Source: Hyaloraphidium curvatum SAG 235-1 (lineage: Eukaryota; Fungi; Monoblepharomycota). Taken from it: a stretch of DNA of 64,000 bases. Location of the stretch: contig JAIVFI010000002.1 in NCBI GenBank assembly GCA_025558095.1, positions 1,240,001 to 1,304,000 of the forward strand. Reading direction: 5' to 3'. Below are positions 22,485-35,332 of the stretch, piece by piece. Made by a program: the position numbers and the translations under genes. Position 1 is the stretch's first letter, and every line of letters begins with the position of its first letter. The notes under the pieces were generated by a model that was given only the letters and a program-made list of their open reading frames with translations, did not search any database and was not told where the DNA came from.

Positions 22485-22707
22485 AGGCGATACCTCAGAT
22501 TGCAGAAGATGCCTCTATCACCCTTCGGCAATTGAATATTTATAAGAATTTCCTTCAGGCTTTAGGCTGGACGCCCTTATCCACGAATCCGCTTACTGAT
22601 GAAGCCCACTGCTTGCTCCGCCGGGGTGAACGCTGATGCACGCTGACCGATCGACGTCAGGGAGCTGCAGCCGGCGCTGCTGCACGGCGGAACAAATCAA
22701 CTGCAAC

Positions 22708-24768
22708 ATGCCCGACGCCCGGACGCTGGATGACCAACGGCTCCAACGTACGGCATGCCTGAACTGCGCTCTACAGCGGAGACGGTGCGAGAGGCCCGCG
22801 GACGGCGGAGACTGCTTCCGCTGTTCCCGGCTCCGGCGGGAGTGCATCTCGCAGCTCCCCGGCTCAGAGGGCAAGACCACGCGGGAAACCCGGACCATAC
22901 GGAAGCCCACGAAGCAGAGGGTGGTGGCGCCGAAGGGCACCGCGAGATTGGCGACGGCAGAGGGGCTCGGGCACGGGTTGTCAGGCGGCAGCGCCTTCCC
23001 GGCCCCTGTGGCCTCTCCACCCCTTTCTCCCTCATCGTCGTCGCCGTCTGCTCTCGCGCTGGCGTCTCCCTCCTTCAATTCCGGCGATCTCGCCATCTCG
23101 GACGTGATTCTCGCCGGAATGCGGGGGTGGTGGGAGCGGTGCCATCCTGCCTTCCCGCTGATCCACCGGGGCGCCTTCGAGGCCGCGTTCAATCCGGATC
23201 CTTCGCCGCACTACGGCGCGAATCAACCCTCGGCGCTCATGTTCGCTCTGGCCGCTAACGGCCTCCCGTATGCCGATTTGCCGGGTATCGCCGAAGCGCA
23301 GCGGAACGCCCTGTCTGCCGCTTGCCTCCAGGCGGCCCGGGACGCCGTGGTTGCCGGTTTCGTGTCGCGGGAGAGCCCGCTGATGACGGATCTTGAGGCA
23401 CTGCAGGCTGTTTTCCTCATCCTCTTTAGGTGCTTGCCGGAAGGGAGGGCTCTCGAGGCCTTTGTGCCGCTCGCGAGCTGTAGCCACGTCTTGAAGCGGA
23501 CTTGTCTTGATCCGGCAACTGGGGAACTTGTAGGCGCGCGGGAAGCTCCAGCCGACCACGTGCAATGGGTCGCCAACGAAATGCGGTGGCGGCTCTGGCT
23601 CGTGGTTGGCCATATCGAGATCAACTTTTGGTACTACACCCGGAGGCCGACCATGTTCCCCTACCTCGAGCATACCCTGCCCCTACCTGCTTCCGAACTC
23701 TACTTTGACATGCCGTCGTCGGAGGCGGCGTTCGACCTCCTTTCGCGGACGCGTATGGGCCGACTTGCCGAGACCGTCGACCTGTCGCCCTTCGTGGACC
23801 CTTGTCCCGAGCTGGAGCACACGAAAGACGTTGTTCATTCCTTGGTCGGCTCTATCTTTTCCCGCCGCGCGTCCCACCTGCTGTTCGCCCACCTCGGTTC
23901 CGGATTCCGGGCTCTCCGCTCGACCCTCCGCGACCATGCCGAGCATCACGGGATCGACCTTCTTTCCCTGGCCTCTCAAGAACCTTCCTCCGATACCCCG
24001 GAACAAGCCGTCTATCGTCGGTTTGCTCAACTGTACTGTTCCCTCGCCGCCGAGTCGCTGCGGCCGCTTGCCCCGGACGTCGGCCTCCCGTTGGAACTTG
24101 GTGATGCGGTTCCTTTCCTCCTCCTATCCAACCTGTCGTGCCCGGCATACGCGCACGTCGCCTTGGGCTACTTCATCATCCTCCGCGCCTCGTCCCTCGA
24201 ATGCTGGTTCGAGGGCGACGACGGCTCCCCCCGCGCTGCCCTGTTTTCGAGCCAGGAGATGGCATCGGCCCTTGAAACCTGCGTGGTCATTGCTCGGTGG
24301 ATGCGGTCGCAGCTCTCGGTGGATGCGGAGCTACGGCATCCCGTGCTCGGTACCATCGTGGCGGGGATCAGGGTCGCCAAGATCGGCGTTGCGGCCGCAG
24401 CGATGCTAGCTGGGCTTGACGACACGGAGGTCAGGGTGCGGACGGAGGAGGACGTGAGGAGCGTCCTGCGTTACGTGGAGACGGCAGCGGCGCCATTTCA
24501 GCACGCGAGGGCGGCCGTGGATGACCTGAGGAGGACCGTGATCGCGGCTGGGATCGCGGTGCGGACGGATGGAACACCCACACCCGTCGAGCAGGATTCG
24601 ACTCCTGGCAATGAGGGCGCGGGGTCGGCAGCATCCGAGGTCGGGAGCTCGCCTTTGGACCCGGATGACGGAGGGTCATCGGAGCCATTGCGGAGGAGCC
24701 CCTTTGCGCAGACAGTCCTCGGGGTCGACAGCGCGATGGGCCGGCGCCTCTTGTCGCCGGCCAGCTAG
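22708..24768 (+). CDS. Zn(II)2Cys6 fungal transcription factor with fungal-specific TF domain
   Basis: ACLNCALQRRRCE..CFRCSRLRREC; HPAFPLIHRGAF; EMRWRLWLVV; LPLPASE..F. Confidence 0.9.
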   Translation: MPDARTLDDQRLQRTACLNCALQRRRCERPADGGDCFRCSRLRRECISQLPGSEGKTTRETRTIRKPTKQRVVAPKGTARLATAEGLGHGLSGGSAFPAPVASPPLSPSSSSPSALALASPSFNSGDLAISDVILAGMRGWWERCHPAFPLIHRGAFEAAFNPDPSPHYGANQPSALMFALAANGLPYADLPGIAEAQRNALSAACLQAARDAVVAGFVSRESPLMTDLEALQAVFLILFRCLPEGRALEAFVPLASCSHVLKRTCLDPATGELVGAREAPADHVQWVANEMRWRLWLVVGHIEINFWYYTRRPTMFPYLEHTLPLPASELYFDMPSSEAAFDLLSRTRMGRLAETVDLSPFVDPCPELEHTKDVVHSLVGSIFSRRASHLLFAHLGSGFRALRSTLRDHAEHHGIDLLSLASQEPSSDTPEQAVYRRFAQLYCSLAAESLRPLAPDVGLPLELGDAVPFLLLSNLSCPAYAHVALGYFIILRASSLECWFEGDDGSPRAALFSSQEMASALETCVVIARWMRSQLSVDAELRHPVLGTIVAGIRVAKIGVAAAAMLAGLDDTEVRVRTEEDVRSVLRYVETAAAPFQHARAAVDDLRRTVIAAGIAVRTDGTPTPVEQDSTPGNEGAGSAASEVGSSPLDPDDGGSSEPLRRSPFAQTVLGVDSAMGRRLLSPAS

Positions 24769-25419
24769 CCTCTTTGACACTTCGTGTTTAGTTTCGAGCG
24801 AAATCTTATTGCAACCTTCTAATGCGATCGACAAGTTCGGGTCTGATGGCCCGGATGGAGGCTTCCCCGGTGGAGTCTGAGTATGGCAGCACTGCAGCAC
24901 GGCCCCGGTATCGATGATTACAACCTCCGTCTTGCTGGGACTCAGTCACTACCCCGGGGAATGCGAGGAGTAATGCTTCGTAATTATTCGAAACGAGTCC
25001 CACGTCTGCACCTCGCCGCCCGAGCTCCTTTCGACCGTTGCGCTCCACCTCTTCGTCCCGCGACAACGGGCATCCGGAGGGAGGCTTCGGGTAGGGGTCG
25101 GCTCTCTGCCCGCAGACCAGTCACACTGCAGCGGGAGACGATGCGTTGATGTTGATGAGCGGCGCCGCGGCCCAATGGGCCGACAATGATGAACGTGATT
25201 TAGTCCTGGAGACGTCCCAGATTATTTTCGCGCTCTAGCGTGGCCAATCGTTGTCCGGAGCGAACGGGAGGTCACGAGCCGATGGAGCTCGCCGGAGCAC
25301 TCCGTATCTGCGGAAAACCACTCCGGGGTCTCATGGTGGATGTACGCACATTGAGGAACCAGCTGATTGCGACGGTCCCCGCGGGTATGCGCGAGGCTAG
25401 TCGGGCGGCCTCTCGCAGG

Positions 25420-25458
25420 TTCTAGACCCTTCCGCGGCGGGCGGCCAAGCAGTATAAA
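25420..25458 (+). promoter_or_regulatory. Heat-shock element and TATA box upstream of sHSP copy 2
   Basis: TTCtaGACccTTC at 25420-25432; TATAAA at 25453-25458. Confidence 0.6.
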
Positions 25459-25547
25459 ATCCCCGCTCCCCACCCCCCCCCCAAAGCACCACGAATCTCG
25501 AAGCCGAACACCGCTCGACTCGCTCTCGAAACACCGCGGACACCACG

Positions 25548-26273
25548 ATGGCCTTCTACAGCCCGCTTTTTGGCCGGCAGCCGTTCGGCTTCGGCCTCTT
25601 CGACGACTTCTTCGGCCCGCCGCCGGTGTCGCCCTTCGCCCCGCCCTTCTTCGGCGCCGTGCCCGTGCCCCGCACCTGGGTCCGCGTGGCCTGGCCCGAG
25701 GAAGCCGCTGAAGCACCTGTCGACCCCGCCAAGCAGTCCGAGCCCGCAACGGGGGAGGTCGTCAAGATGGCCGAAACCGCTCCCGAGGCGCCCGCCGCGG
25801 AGGGAGCTCCGGCCGAAACCGCACCTGCTGCTGAGGCACCTGCCACTGCCGAATCCAGCGCTGCTCCTTCCGAGCCCGCTGCCGCCCCCGACGCCCCGGC
25901 GCCCGACTCTGCCGCCGCCGGCACCGTCGCCGCCCCCCCCGCCTCGGCAGTCGCCGCCCCCGCCGCCGCCCGCCCCTTCTCCCTCGCCGTGACCCCCGCC
26001 GAGGACGCCTACTCCCTCACCTACGCCGTGCCCGCCCGCGAGGGCCTGCAGCTGCAGCTCTCGGACGACGGCTCGGCGCTCACCTTCCGGTTCGAGGAGA
26101 ACAAGGAGGAGGAAGGGCGCAAGAGCTTCAGGCGGGTCGAGCGCACGTGGTACCTGCCCGAGGACGCGGATGGGGACAAGATAGAGGCCAAGTGGGGAGA
26201 AGGAGGGGTGGAGGTCAAGGTCGCGAGGAAGGAGTTCAAGCCCAAGGAGAAGAGGATCATCAGCGTCCTCTGA
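25548..26273 (+). CDS. Small heat shock protein (HSP20), copy 2
   Basis: 241 aa; nine substitutions relative to copy 1. Confidence 0.9.
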   Translation: MAFYSPLFGRQPFGFGLFDDFFGPPPVSPFAPPFFGAVPVPRTWVRVAWPEEAAEAPVDPAKQSEPATGEVVKMAETAPEAPAAEGAPAETAPAAEAPATAESSAAPSEPAAAPDAPAPDSAAAGTVAAPPASAVAAPAAARPFSLAVTPAEDAYSLTYAVPAREGLQLQLSDDGSALTFRFEENKEEEGRKSFRRVERTWYLPEDADGDKIEAKWGEGGVEVKVARKEFKPKEKRIISVL

Positions 26274-26462
26274 AGGACTCGCGACAGCAACTCCAACACT
26301 TGGGAGAAGCATGTTATGGGATGCGGGAGTAAAATTGTGGTGAAAAAGGAACACTTTCGTCTGTAGTCAACGAAGTCAATTGAACGGGGCCATCTACACC
26401 ATAACCTGCGAAACGTCCGTGTCCAAAGGCCACCGTCCGCTCCTTGAACCTCCGAAGACACT

Positions 26463-28582
26463 TCACTCCCGGCTGATATCGCGTCCGAAGATCATCGTCT
26501 GACACGCAGCGTGAGGACGAACAATAAAGAGTGTCGTCGGCAACGCCTACCTTGCTCCAATCGAAGGCAACGATAAGCTTGTTCTTGATGGAAAGCAGAT
26601 TGGTCAAGTAAACGGACCTTCGAGGACGAAAGAGTGAGATCAGTCGGTCGACATTCGCCACGCCAAGCCCACCTCCAGAACAAGAACGTCGCAAAGCCCG
26701 AGATCTGCACTCCGAAAGGAAGGTCTGCAATGGCCTCGTCCGTCCCGATGTATGCCAGGCTGCCCTTGTGCAGGTAGTCGAACGACTTTTCCTTTGGCAG
26801 GATTTCGGCGTTGACCTTGGAGATGGCCCCCGCCAGCGGCAGCGCCTTGCGCAGGCCGGCAAAGATCTCCCCGCGCTCGTTGAAGATCTTGGCGAGGTAG
26901 TATCCCTGCTGCGAGGCCACCTGGGCCGTCGGCGCGAACTTGGAGTGCGAGCAGTCGCCCATGGCGAACAGCGAGCCATCGGAGCCCTTGACCACGAGGT
27001 GCTCGTCGATGACGAGGCCGCGCCGCGAGTTCTGGATGTCCTGGGGGAGCTGCGAGATCATGTTCTTGACCATGGGCCGCATGGCGTTGCCGGTCGCCCA
27101 GACAAGGAGTCCTGGTGCAGGCCAAATGACGTGAGAATAACGATCAAACGCTGGGAAGGGGCCGATTGTGCCCACCGTAGGGGATGTTCTTCATCGTCGT
27201 CACGGCCTCCTCCACCTCCTGCTCCACGCCGTCCACGACCTTCTTCACCTTCTGCGTGCTCTTTTCCTGCACCACGAGGTGATCGGGGTGCACCTCCTTG
27301 ACCATGGTGTTGAGCTTGATGTCCACCTTTTCCTGGGCAAAGTGCTTCTCGGTGTACTCGACCAGTTTGGCCGAGAAGCTCGGGAGCACGTGCGGCAGCG
27401 CCTCGATGAGGGTGATGTGGACCCGACCCGCGATCTCGGGGTACCTGATTGCCCTGCGTGAGCATGGAGCGTGGCCGGTTTGCGGTGCGGATGACCCACC
27501 ACTTGACGACGTCGTCCACAAGGAAATCGCGCAGCTCGGCCGAGTACTCGACCCCGGTCGGCCCGCCTCCCACGACCACGAAATGCAGCAGCCTGTCGAT
27601 CTCCTCGGGCGGCTGCGACGGGAACGCCGCCGTCTCGAGGCAGTCCATGAGCTTGATCCGGATGGCCTTGGCGTCGGGGAGCTCCTTGAGGAAGCACGCG
27701 TGCTCCTTCACCCCGGGGATCCCGAACGTGGCGTTCTCGGCGCCCACGGCCGTGACCAGGTAGTCGTACTTTATCGCCGCGCGGGAGACGGCGCCCACGA
27801 GGTCCGATTCGTCGGCGAAGCTGATGGTCTTGGCCTCCAGGTCGACGTGCTTGACCTCGGCCTCGATGAACTTGACCTTGCGCTTCTTGTACCCCGTCAG
27901 GAAGCGCAGCGGCATGCAGAGGCTCCGCAGCTCGATGGTGCCGGTCGTGCACGAGGGGAGCAGGGGGGTGAAGAGGAAGTAGTTTCGGGGGGAGATGACG
28001 ACGACGTTGTAGTTGGTCGTGTCGAGCTTGTCGATGAAGGAGGTCGCGCCCCAGCCGGATCCGAGCTGAAATGAAACGCACGTTGGTCCTGCCGCGCGAG
28101 ACGGCTGGACGGACGGACCCACCACCGCCAGGGTCGGAAGGTTCGGATCACCGAACTCGAGCTGGTCCGTCGGCGGGTTCTGGGCCACATACAGCCCTGC
28201 AGAGCGCGCACCGCGGCATTATATCGATTCCAAGCCCGGCGGAAAGGTCCGACCCACAGTATCCGAGGAAGATGGCACCCCCCGCGAGCCCGACCTTGAA
28301 CAGGATCCCGAGGTTCCTGAACGACAGCAGCCTCCGCCTCTTCGGCTCCGCCCCGCCCGACTGCGGGCGGATCTGCACCAGCAGCAGCCCCTGAAATGGC
28401 GATGCCGGCGCCGCGGGCCCGAAAACGCGTCCGCGGGCCTGCCGCGGCCGCGCCAGGGTCGACAGCAGGGAGCGCGCCGCCGGGGGCCGGAACGCGCCGG
28501 CGAGGGCGCCGGGGACGGGCATCGCCGTCCGCAGCGAGAAGAGGCCGCGGCACAGTGGTGCCATCGCCTGGGGGACCGGCAT
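26463..28582 (-). CDS. NDE1: Mitochondrial type II (alternative) NADH dehydrogenase, NDE1/NDI1-like, multi-exon
   Basis: GSGWGA, SPRNYFLFTPLLPS, VVGGGPTGVE, MGDC, APTAQVASQQG, YLHKGSLAYIG; terminal exon TMIFGRDISRE*. Arg-rich presequence. Confidence 0.92.
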
Positions 28583-28906
28583 TCCGCCGGGATGGCCGGG
28601 GTCGGACGGATCGGCAGGGTTCGCGGCGGGTCAAGTCAGCACGTCCGACACCCCACGGATCGAGGACCCCGATGGCTGCGGACTGGAGCGTTCTTCGGAA
28701 CGATCCTTGCGTAGTTGAGCTAGAGATCCAGCCTGAGAACGGATGCGGGCTTTATCGGGGGATTCACAGGCGCAATCTACGGAGCAAGACTTCGAGCCCA
28801 CGGTTTCCATTCCCACTGAACTCCAGGCCTTAGCGATATCGCGGTATCGTTTCCCAGCCCCCCACCCACGTCCGCGGCCCTCCCAGCACGACCCACCCAC
28901 GGGCCG

Positions 28907-30112
28907 TCATCCCCTGGCCAGCAGCCACCACACCAGCAGCACCACGCACACCGACACCACGCTCCCCAGCACGCACGCGTCCCTCCTCTTCTTGGCATCG
29001 ATCCTCTTGACCAGCTTGTTGATGAGCGGGAACCGCGACAGCACGCCGCCCTGCAGCCGCCTCTCGGAGCCGTACAGCTGCCTCCCCTGCTGCGCGAGGT
29101 CCTGCCGCGCCGCGTGCGCCTGCGAGAGGACCTGGTCCGCCATGCGGATGGACGAGTCGATGCGGGTGCGCTCGGTGAGGAGGTAGTCGGTGTCGGCCGA
29201 GGCGGAGGGGGAGCCGTTGGTGGAGAGGAGGGAGGCGTGCTCGGCGGCGGCGGCGATGTTGGCCTGGAGAACAGGACATCAGTTGGAGGCGACAGCGAAG
29301 GTCCTCGGTGAGAGCTTTGCAAACCTTGATCTTTTTGAACTCCTTCCGGAAGTCGTAGAGGATGTCCCGATGCCGCTGCAGCATGTGCATCATGCTGGCC
29401 GACGTTTGCGGCGCCGAATCCAGGTGGACGGCCATACGGTCCGTCACGCCCGAGAGCTGGGGAGAAAGAGTGGTCAGAATGTGCCAAAACTGAGAAGGAA
29501 GGCGGTAGGCGACCGCCCCGTTGGTCCGACGGCCTGAAGAGGCGACGCAAGATGCCAAGGGTGCCGCAATGGCCTCCGGCAACCCGGCTCCGCCCTCCGG
29601 AAATCGCCAGCAGTCGACTGCAAGCATGACGAGCAAGAGTCCGAGGCCCCAGGGCCACCGACAAGGGGGAGGAGCTCGAGCACGGCACCCCGTCCCCGTC
29701 CCATGTCAACCCCGTTCCCGCCCAGTCCGGCCTCCAAAAGCAGAGCTGGCAACTTCCCCAGCTTCCCAATGCCTTCCTGGGGCCGTTCCCTCCTCCCAAG
29801 TCGCCGGCTTTTCCGCGGTTCTCCGCCATTCACCTTGTCCAGCGCGCCCTCGAGCTCGCGCTCCGCGTCCTCCGCGCCGCCGGGCAGCCCCCCCGCCGCG
29901 CCCATCGCCAGCCTCGCATACGCCGCCAGCCGCCCTTCGACGTCGTTCTCGAGCTGCCGCGCGCTCCGCCGCAGGTCCTCCCACGGCACGGCGGCCGACA
30001 GCGACGCCGGCGACGGCGAGGGAGAGACGGACGGCATCGGCGCGACGGACGCCGCACGCGGCGACGCGGAGAAGGGGTTCGGCGGGCCGGCGCCGTTGGC
30101 CGGGCGGTTCAT
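28907..30112 (-). CDS. GOS1: Golgi SNARE GOS1/GS28
   Basis: WEDLRRSARQLENDVE, LQRHRDIL.D..KEF, RFPLINKL..I..KKRRD and a C-terminal TM helix. Two introns. Confidence 0.9.
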
Positions 30113-30256
30113 GGACGACTCCGGTACTGGAGTCGGCGACGGGGGCCGGGGGCGGCGAGGCATCCAATCAGAGCCGCTCTCCCCCCGAAACACCCCCGAT
30201 CGTGGATGTGCTCGACTCGCATTCAAATAGGTGCATAATCTACAGCTCTAGGGGAC

Positions 30257-31165
30257 CTAGGCGGCCACGAACTCGACGTCGGCGCCGTCGAGCGTGACGG
30301 TCGTGCCGACGAGGTCGGCGCGGCTCGTGGTCACGAGAAGCTTGTAGATGCCCTCGCCCTTGGTCAGCAGCTGGGCCTTGAGCGGCGCGCCCCACGCGTC
30401 CGTAATGGTGATGGTGCCGGGGCCCGAGGCGAACCGCGCCGAGGCGCCGTGCGCCTCGGTGGGCTCGGCGCCGAGGAGCTTCTTGTACGCCTCGGTGGCC
30501 TTGGGCACGTCCTTGGCGACGACCTGGATGTCCTTGAAGCCCTTGGCCTCGTTGCCGTGGGTGGTGGCGGCGGCGTCCATGGGGACGTGCTTGGAGCGGT
30601 CGCTGGAAACGGGGCGGGGACATCAACACCGCCTACGGCGGATGCGGCGCGGCGCCACCCACTTCCACTGGATCACGAAGGGCAGCAGGTGGGGCGCGGC
30701 GGCCTCGGTCTTGGGGTAGATCTGGATGGCGGGCGCGTTGGCGTCGCCGTACGGGCCGTGGTACGGGAGGCCGTTGTTCTCGAGGTACTTCTGGTACTCG
30801 GCCGCGTTGTCGCTGCGAGGAAAATGTCAGGCATTTCAGCGCTCCCGCCAGGAGCGGCAGATACGCACACGTAGAGGCAGTAGTCGATCCAGCCGTTGCC
30901 CTTGCCCTCCCAGCTGAGCCCGGTGCCGGTCTTCTTGAACCTGCCGCGGCGGATCGCGGAATCAGCATCGCTCCCCGTTGCTCATCCGCACAACCCACTT
31001 GATCAGCTCGATGAAGGTCCCGTCGGGCAGGGTGACCCACATGTGGTCGAGCGGGTCGTCCTCCACGATCGGCTTGGGCACGACCGTGAAGCCGGCCTTT
31101 TGCCAGTCGTCGTACGACTTGGTGAAGTCGTCCGAGACGATGATGAAGTGGTCGGGGGCCGGCAT
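30257..31165 (-). CDS. VOC/glyoxalase-like protein (Glyoxalase_3 type), multi-exon
   Basis: DHFII..GFTV..LPDGTFIELI, LPFVIQW and HGNEAKG..I.V motifs. Confidence 0.75.
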
Positions 31166-31795
31166 TCTGCTGCTGGTCCGGAGAAAAGAGCAGGTAAGGG
31201 GAGATTGCAGGGTCAGTACCAGTCCACGCCGAACGGAGCACCACCCCAGAAAAGCCGGCGGACCGGGCGGAACCGCCTGCTGCCCATTGCTTGCAGCCGC
31301 ATTCTGCGGGCCGGATGCCGACGGGCGTTTGCCCTGCGAGCCGTGCGCCGCGCCGCGGCGACGGATGCGGAGGATGCCGCCCGCCGGCCCCCTCCGGCAC
31401 GCGCCACCGCGCGCTTCGGCGACAGATCCCCGCGACCGGCAATGCCGCGCAGGTGGCCGGCCGGCGGGTCGGGGGCCGCCGCGGATCGGCCGGGTCCGCC
31501 GCGGTCCCTCGATGCAAACCCCCCGCGTCCGCTACCCGCACCGCAACGGGCTGCAGAACAAGATACGCACTTTTCGGGTCGGATTAAAGGCGAGCGAAGG
31601 GGCCGACGGGGTTCGAGACCTGTGGAAGGGGAGGAGTCGGACGAGTCGCGCAATCAAGGGCCCCTTCGGGGTCCGCCGACCCTGGATCGATCAGCACGCC
31701 CCACTCGTTGGGAAAGGAGGCGGCACCAGGGCTCGCCCAGCGCACACCAATCAGATTCTAGAGCGTCTATGTGTTCACTACAGTTGTGCGGGCGA

Positions 31796-34674
31796 TCAGT
31801 CGATGTCCATCTCGTCCTTCTTCTCGCCGCCCTCGGCCTCGCCCTCGGGCTTTTTCTCCCCCTCCCCTTCGGGGGCCGCGCCGCCCTCGCCCTCCTTCTT
31901 CTCCTCCTTGGCCTCGGGCTTGGGCGTGGCCGGTTTCGGTGCCGGCTTCGGCTTGCTCAGGATCGGCAGGACGTACGAGGTGAGCACCTGCGACCGAGGT
32001 CAATCTCAATCAACAGCAGCACAAGCAAGAGATCCCACCTCGCGCTCCCTGTCGACCTCGGCGGCCGTCACGACCGGATCATCCGTCTTGGCCTTGCCCT
32101 GCTGCTTGGCCAGCTTCTCCTCGAGCCACTTCTGCTTCCGCTCGGCCTCCTCCCGGCACCGCGTCAGGTCGTCCGCGGGGATGTGCGACAGCTTGTCGTC
32201 GCCCGCGTTGAGCTGCCCGAGGTACGCCGAGATCGACTCGCGCAGCTTGGCCACGGCCTTGGGGAGGATCTCGGATTCGCGGTGGCGGTGCGCGATCGGG
32301 TCGCCGATGGCCTGCGACGGATGCGTCAGCGGCAGTCCAACCCATCCACACGCGCAGATCCCACCTTGAGCTGGTCTAGCCGCTCCTTGTACTGGCTCTT
32401 GGACGCATCCTCGCCCTCCTCCGAGTACAGCCACTCCTCGTTGTCGTTGAGGGCCTTCATGAACTTGTCCTTCACGTCCGCCACCACGAAATCCGCCCAG
32501 CGGTCCTCGAGCTTGCCCCGCGCGTCGTACACGTACTCCTCCAGAGAGTTCTTGGCGTACTCCGTGTCCACGATCAGCTTGTCGCTCTGGATCATGGAGC
32601 TCTCGAGCTCGCGGTGGGTGTGGAGCAGGTGCTTGGGGAGCGAGGGGGTGTGGGGCACGACCGAGAGCTCGTGCTTCCGGACCTTCTTCTTGGCCGGCTC
32701 GTCCTTCTTGGGGACCTCGCCGTTGGCCTGCGCCTCGGGCGCTGCGGCGCCCTCCGCGGGGGCGGCGTCGGCGGCGGCGCCGTCGGGGGTAGTGTCCATG
32801 GGCGCCGCCTCGGGCGCCGGCGCGGCCTCGGCCGGCTTCTCCGCCGGCGCGATCTCCTCCACCAGCACGGCGTCCTCGACGCGGTACACGCCGTCGGGCG
32901 AGAGCCGGGCCTTGACCTTGATCACGGCCTTGCCGACCTCCTCGGACCCGTCGCGGGGCTTGATGCCCTGGATCGTCCATTTGCCGATGTGGGCGTCGAC
33001 GCCCTGCGGGAGGTGGCGGTTCTTGTAGGCGGCGGGGGTATACGAGAGGGTGAGGGGGAGGGTGACCCCCTCGGCGGGGATCTGGGCGGGGAGCTTCCTG
33101 GAGAAGGTGAGTTGCTGCGGAGAAGGGGAGGTGAGCATGTAGTCAATGAAACAGAGCGACAGGAGGAGCGAACCTTGGTGCTGGGGACGACGTTGCCGAC
33201 GCCAAAGGCCTCCATGACGCCGGGTTCCTCAACGGTGGTCAGCGTCGGGTCCCACTCGATCTGCACCGGGTACGTGTTCCAGTCCGTGACGGCAAAGTCG
33301 CGGACCTTGAACACGGGGGAAAGGATGGCGCACATGAGCGCGTTGCCCCTCGCCACGGCCTCGTCCGCGTTGAGGCCGAGGCCAATCCGGGATTGGGTGG
33401 GGTCGAAGTTGGCGTCCTCGCCGAAGAAGGTGGCGATCCGCGTCTTGACCGACAGCACGCGCGAGGAGCCGCCCGAGAGCTCGACCTTGTCGACCTCGGA
33501 GGGCTTCATGCCGGCGTCGGCAAGGACCTGCTCGATCGGGCCCATGATGCGGTCGATCAAGGGAGCGGTGAGCTCGTCGAACTCAGTCCTGGAGAAGCGG
33601 GGAAGGTCATCAAGCGCCATCTTAAGAAGGCAGCTCAACACACCTCTCGACCTTCATGCTGACGTCGCGGTCCTCCGTTATGCTCTCGACGGCGAGCACC
33701 GTCGACGGGTTGGCTGAGAGCACCTTCTTGGCCTTCTCCGCCGCCTGCCTCAGGCGGTACACGGCACGCTTGTTCTCCCGGATGTTGAGCCCCTTGTACT
33801 TCTTCTCGAACTCGTCGATGCAGTACTGCGTGAGTGCCTCGTCGAAGTCGCGGCCGCCGAGGTGGACGTCGTAGGCCACGGCCTTGACCTTGAGCTGGCC
33901 CTTGAAGAAGGCGACGAGGGCCACCTGGAAGGATGCGTGGCCAAAGTCGACGAAGAGGACGTGACGGGGCTTGGCGTCCGCCGCCTGGGGGTCGGGGAGG
34001 TCCGTGCGGGTGATCCCGTATCCGAGCGCAACTGGAACGGAGGATCAGAACCGACATTGCGGTACCGAATGACACGGAACTAACCAGCGGTGGTATCGTT
34101 CAGTACCCGCAGGCAGTTGAGCCCGGAAATCTCGCACGCGTCCAAGATCGCGCGCCTTTGGCGGTCGCCGAACCACACGGGCACCGACATGACGGTGTCC
34201 GAAACGTTGCTCGTCCCCGTCTCCGAGGCGGTGATCTGCTTGACCTTGGTCAGGAACGCGGCCGTGAGCTGCGTGAACGTGAAATCCTTGGGTTCGTTCA
34301 GGTACATGACGCGGGCTGCGACCTCGCCGCCCTCGCCCTCGACGAGCTGGCAGTTGAGGTACTTTGCCTCGTACTTCTCGATGTCAGGGTCCGAGTACAG
34401 GCGGCCAGCCAGGCGCTTGATGACCCCAATCGTGTTCTTGAAGTTGGAGATTTCGAGCGTCTTAGCGGCCTCGCCAAGGAAGCGGCGTTTCGGGCCGAAG
34501 GACACCATTGACCTGGAGGGGCAGGAGAGTGAGCAAGTGGTCCCCAGAGCGCAAACGCCGGACGTACGGCGTCAGCCGGTTGCTGGCCTCGTTAGCAATG
34601 ACATCGATGCCCCTGTTCCTGGCCACCGCAATGACGCAGTTTAGGTTGCCGAAGTCTACGCCGACCACAGACAT
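31796..34674 (-). CDS. SSE1: Hsp110/SSE1 (Hsp70-family nucleotide exchange factor), multi-exon
   Basis: [66 protein letters not shown]; ends MDID*. Confidence 0.95.
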
Positions 34675-35332
34675 GGCTGCGTGTTGGGCCGCGAACGACC
34701 CCTGGGTCGACGAAAAAGAGAGAGCAGAACACGATCCGTGGGATAGAGAAGGAATCGGAGGGGGAACGGAGCGCGAATGCCGGGGAAACAAAAGGGTCAG
34801 TCTCGGAAGTCGACGTGTCCGGCTCTCGGCCTCCTGGCAGTCCCCGTCCGGCGAAAGCAGGTGGGCAAGCTTGCACCGCGATTCCCCGTGGCACCGCGGA
34901 GGATTCCCGGCTGCCGCCGGCTGTGGCCGGGGATCGCCGAACGAAAACCTCCAGCGACCCGTGCCCGCCCGCCATCGCCGCCGCGTTTCGCCCTCGCCGC
35001 CGCCACGGGGTGCCAGGAGACTCCAAGATGCCATAGATGGCTGGGAGAATGGGGCACTCACGGGTCAATCCGTGGTGAACGGTGTGTTCGGGAGTGACCC
35101 TGTCTCGGGCAGCGCGTCTCTAGAGCCCGAACCGCCGGCGTTGCCAGAGGCTTCTTTTTCCTTCCCTTCGGTTCCACGCGCACGAAAGCTGTTCTCCAGA
35201 CTGAGGCCTTCTTCATTGCCGAAATTACATCGCTCTACAGTAGATTACGTTGTTTTGGGAGCTCGAGGGAAGGATCGGCCCCATATGCAGGTGTCCGACT
35301 GCCCTGCTCATGAGCGGGCACATCAGCTGCCA

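Larger units (their letters stand above)
25160..26275. repeat. Arm 2 of inverted duplication, including a decayed relic of the SDR 5' end
   Basis: Reverse complement of 25160-25222 (atctgggacgtctccaggactaaatcacgttcatc) matches the SDR start at 11294 (atgccgggacgtctccaggacaaaattgcgttcatc). Confidence 0.88.

Noticed and set aside
29459-29832. Unusually long introns in GOS1 and PRX1 (~41734-42111) as possible snoRNA hosts
   Set aside because: No C box (RUGAUGA)/D box pair or clear H/ACA structure visible; an Infernal/Rfam scan would be needed.
30896-33028. Long plus-strand ORF (710 aa) and similar antisense ORFs (33-848, 46744-48705, 51312-54234)
   Set aside because: Shadow ORFs produced by high GC and codon bias of real genes on the opposite strand; no motifs.
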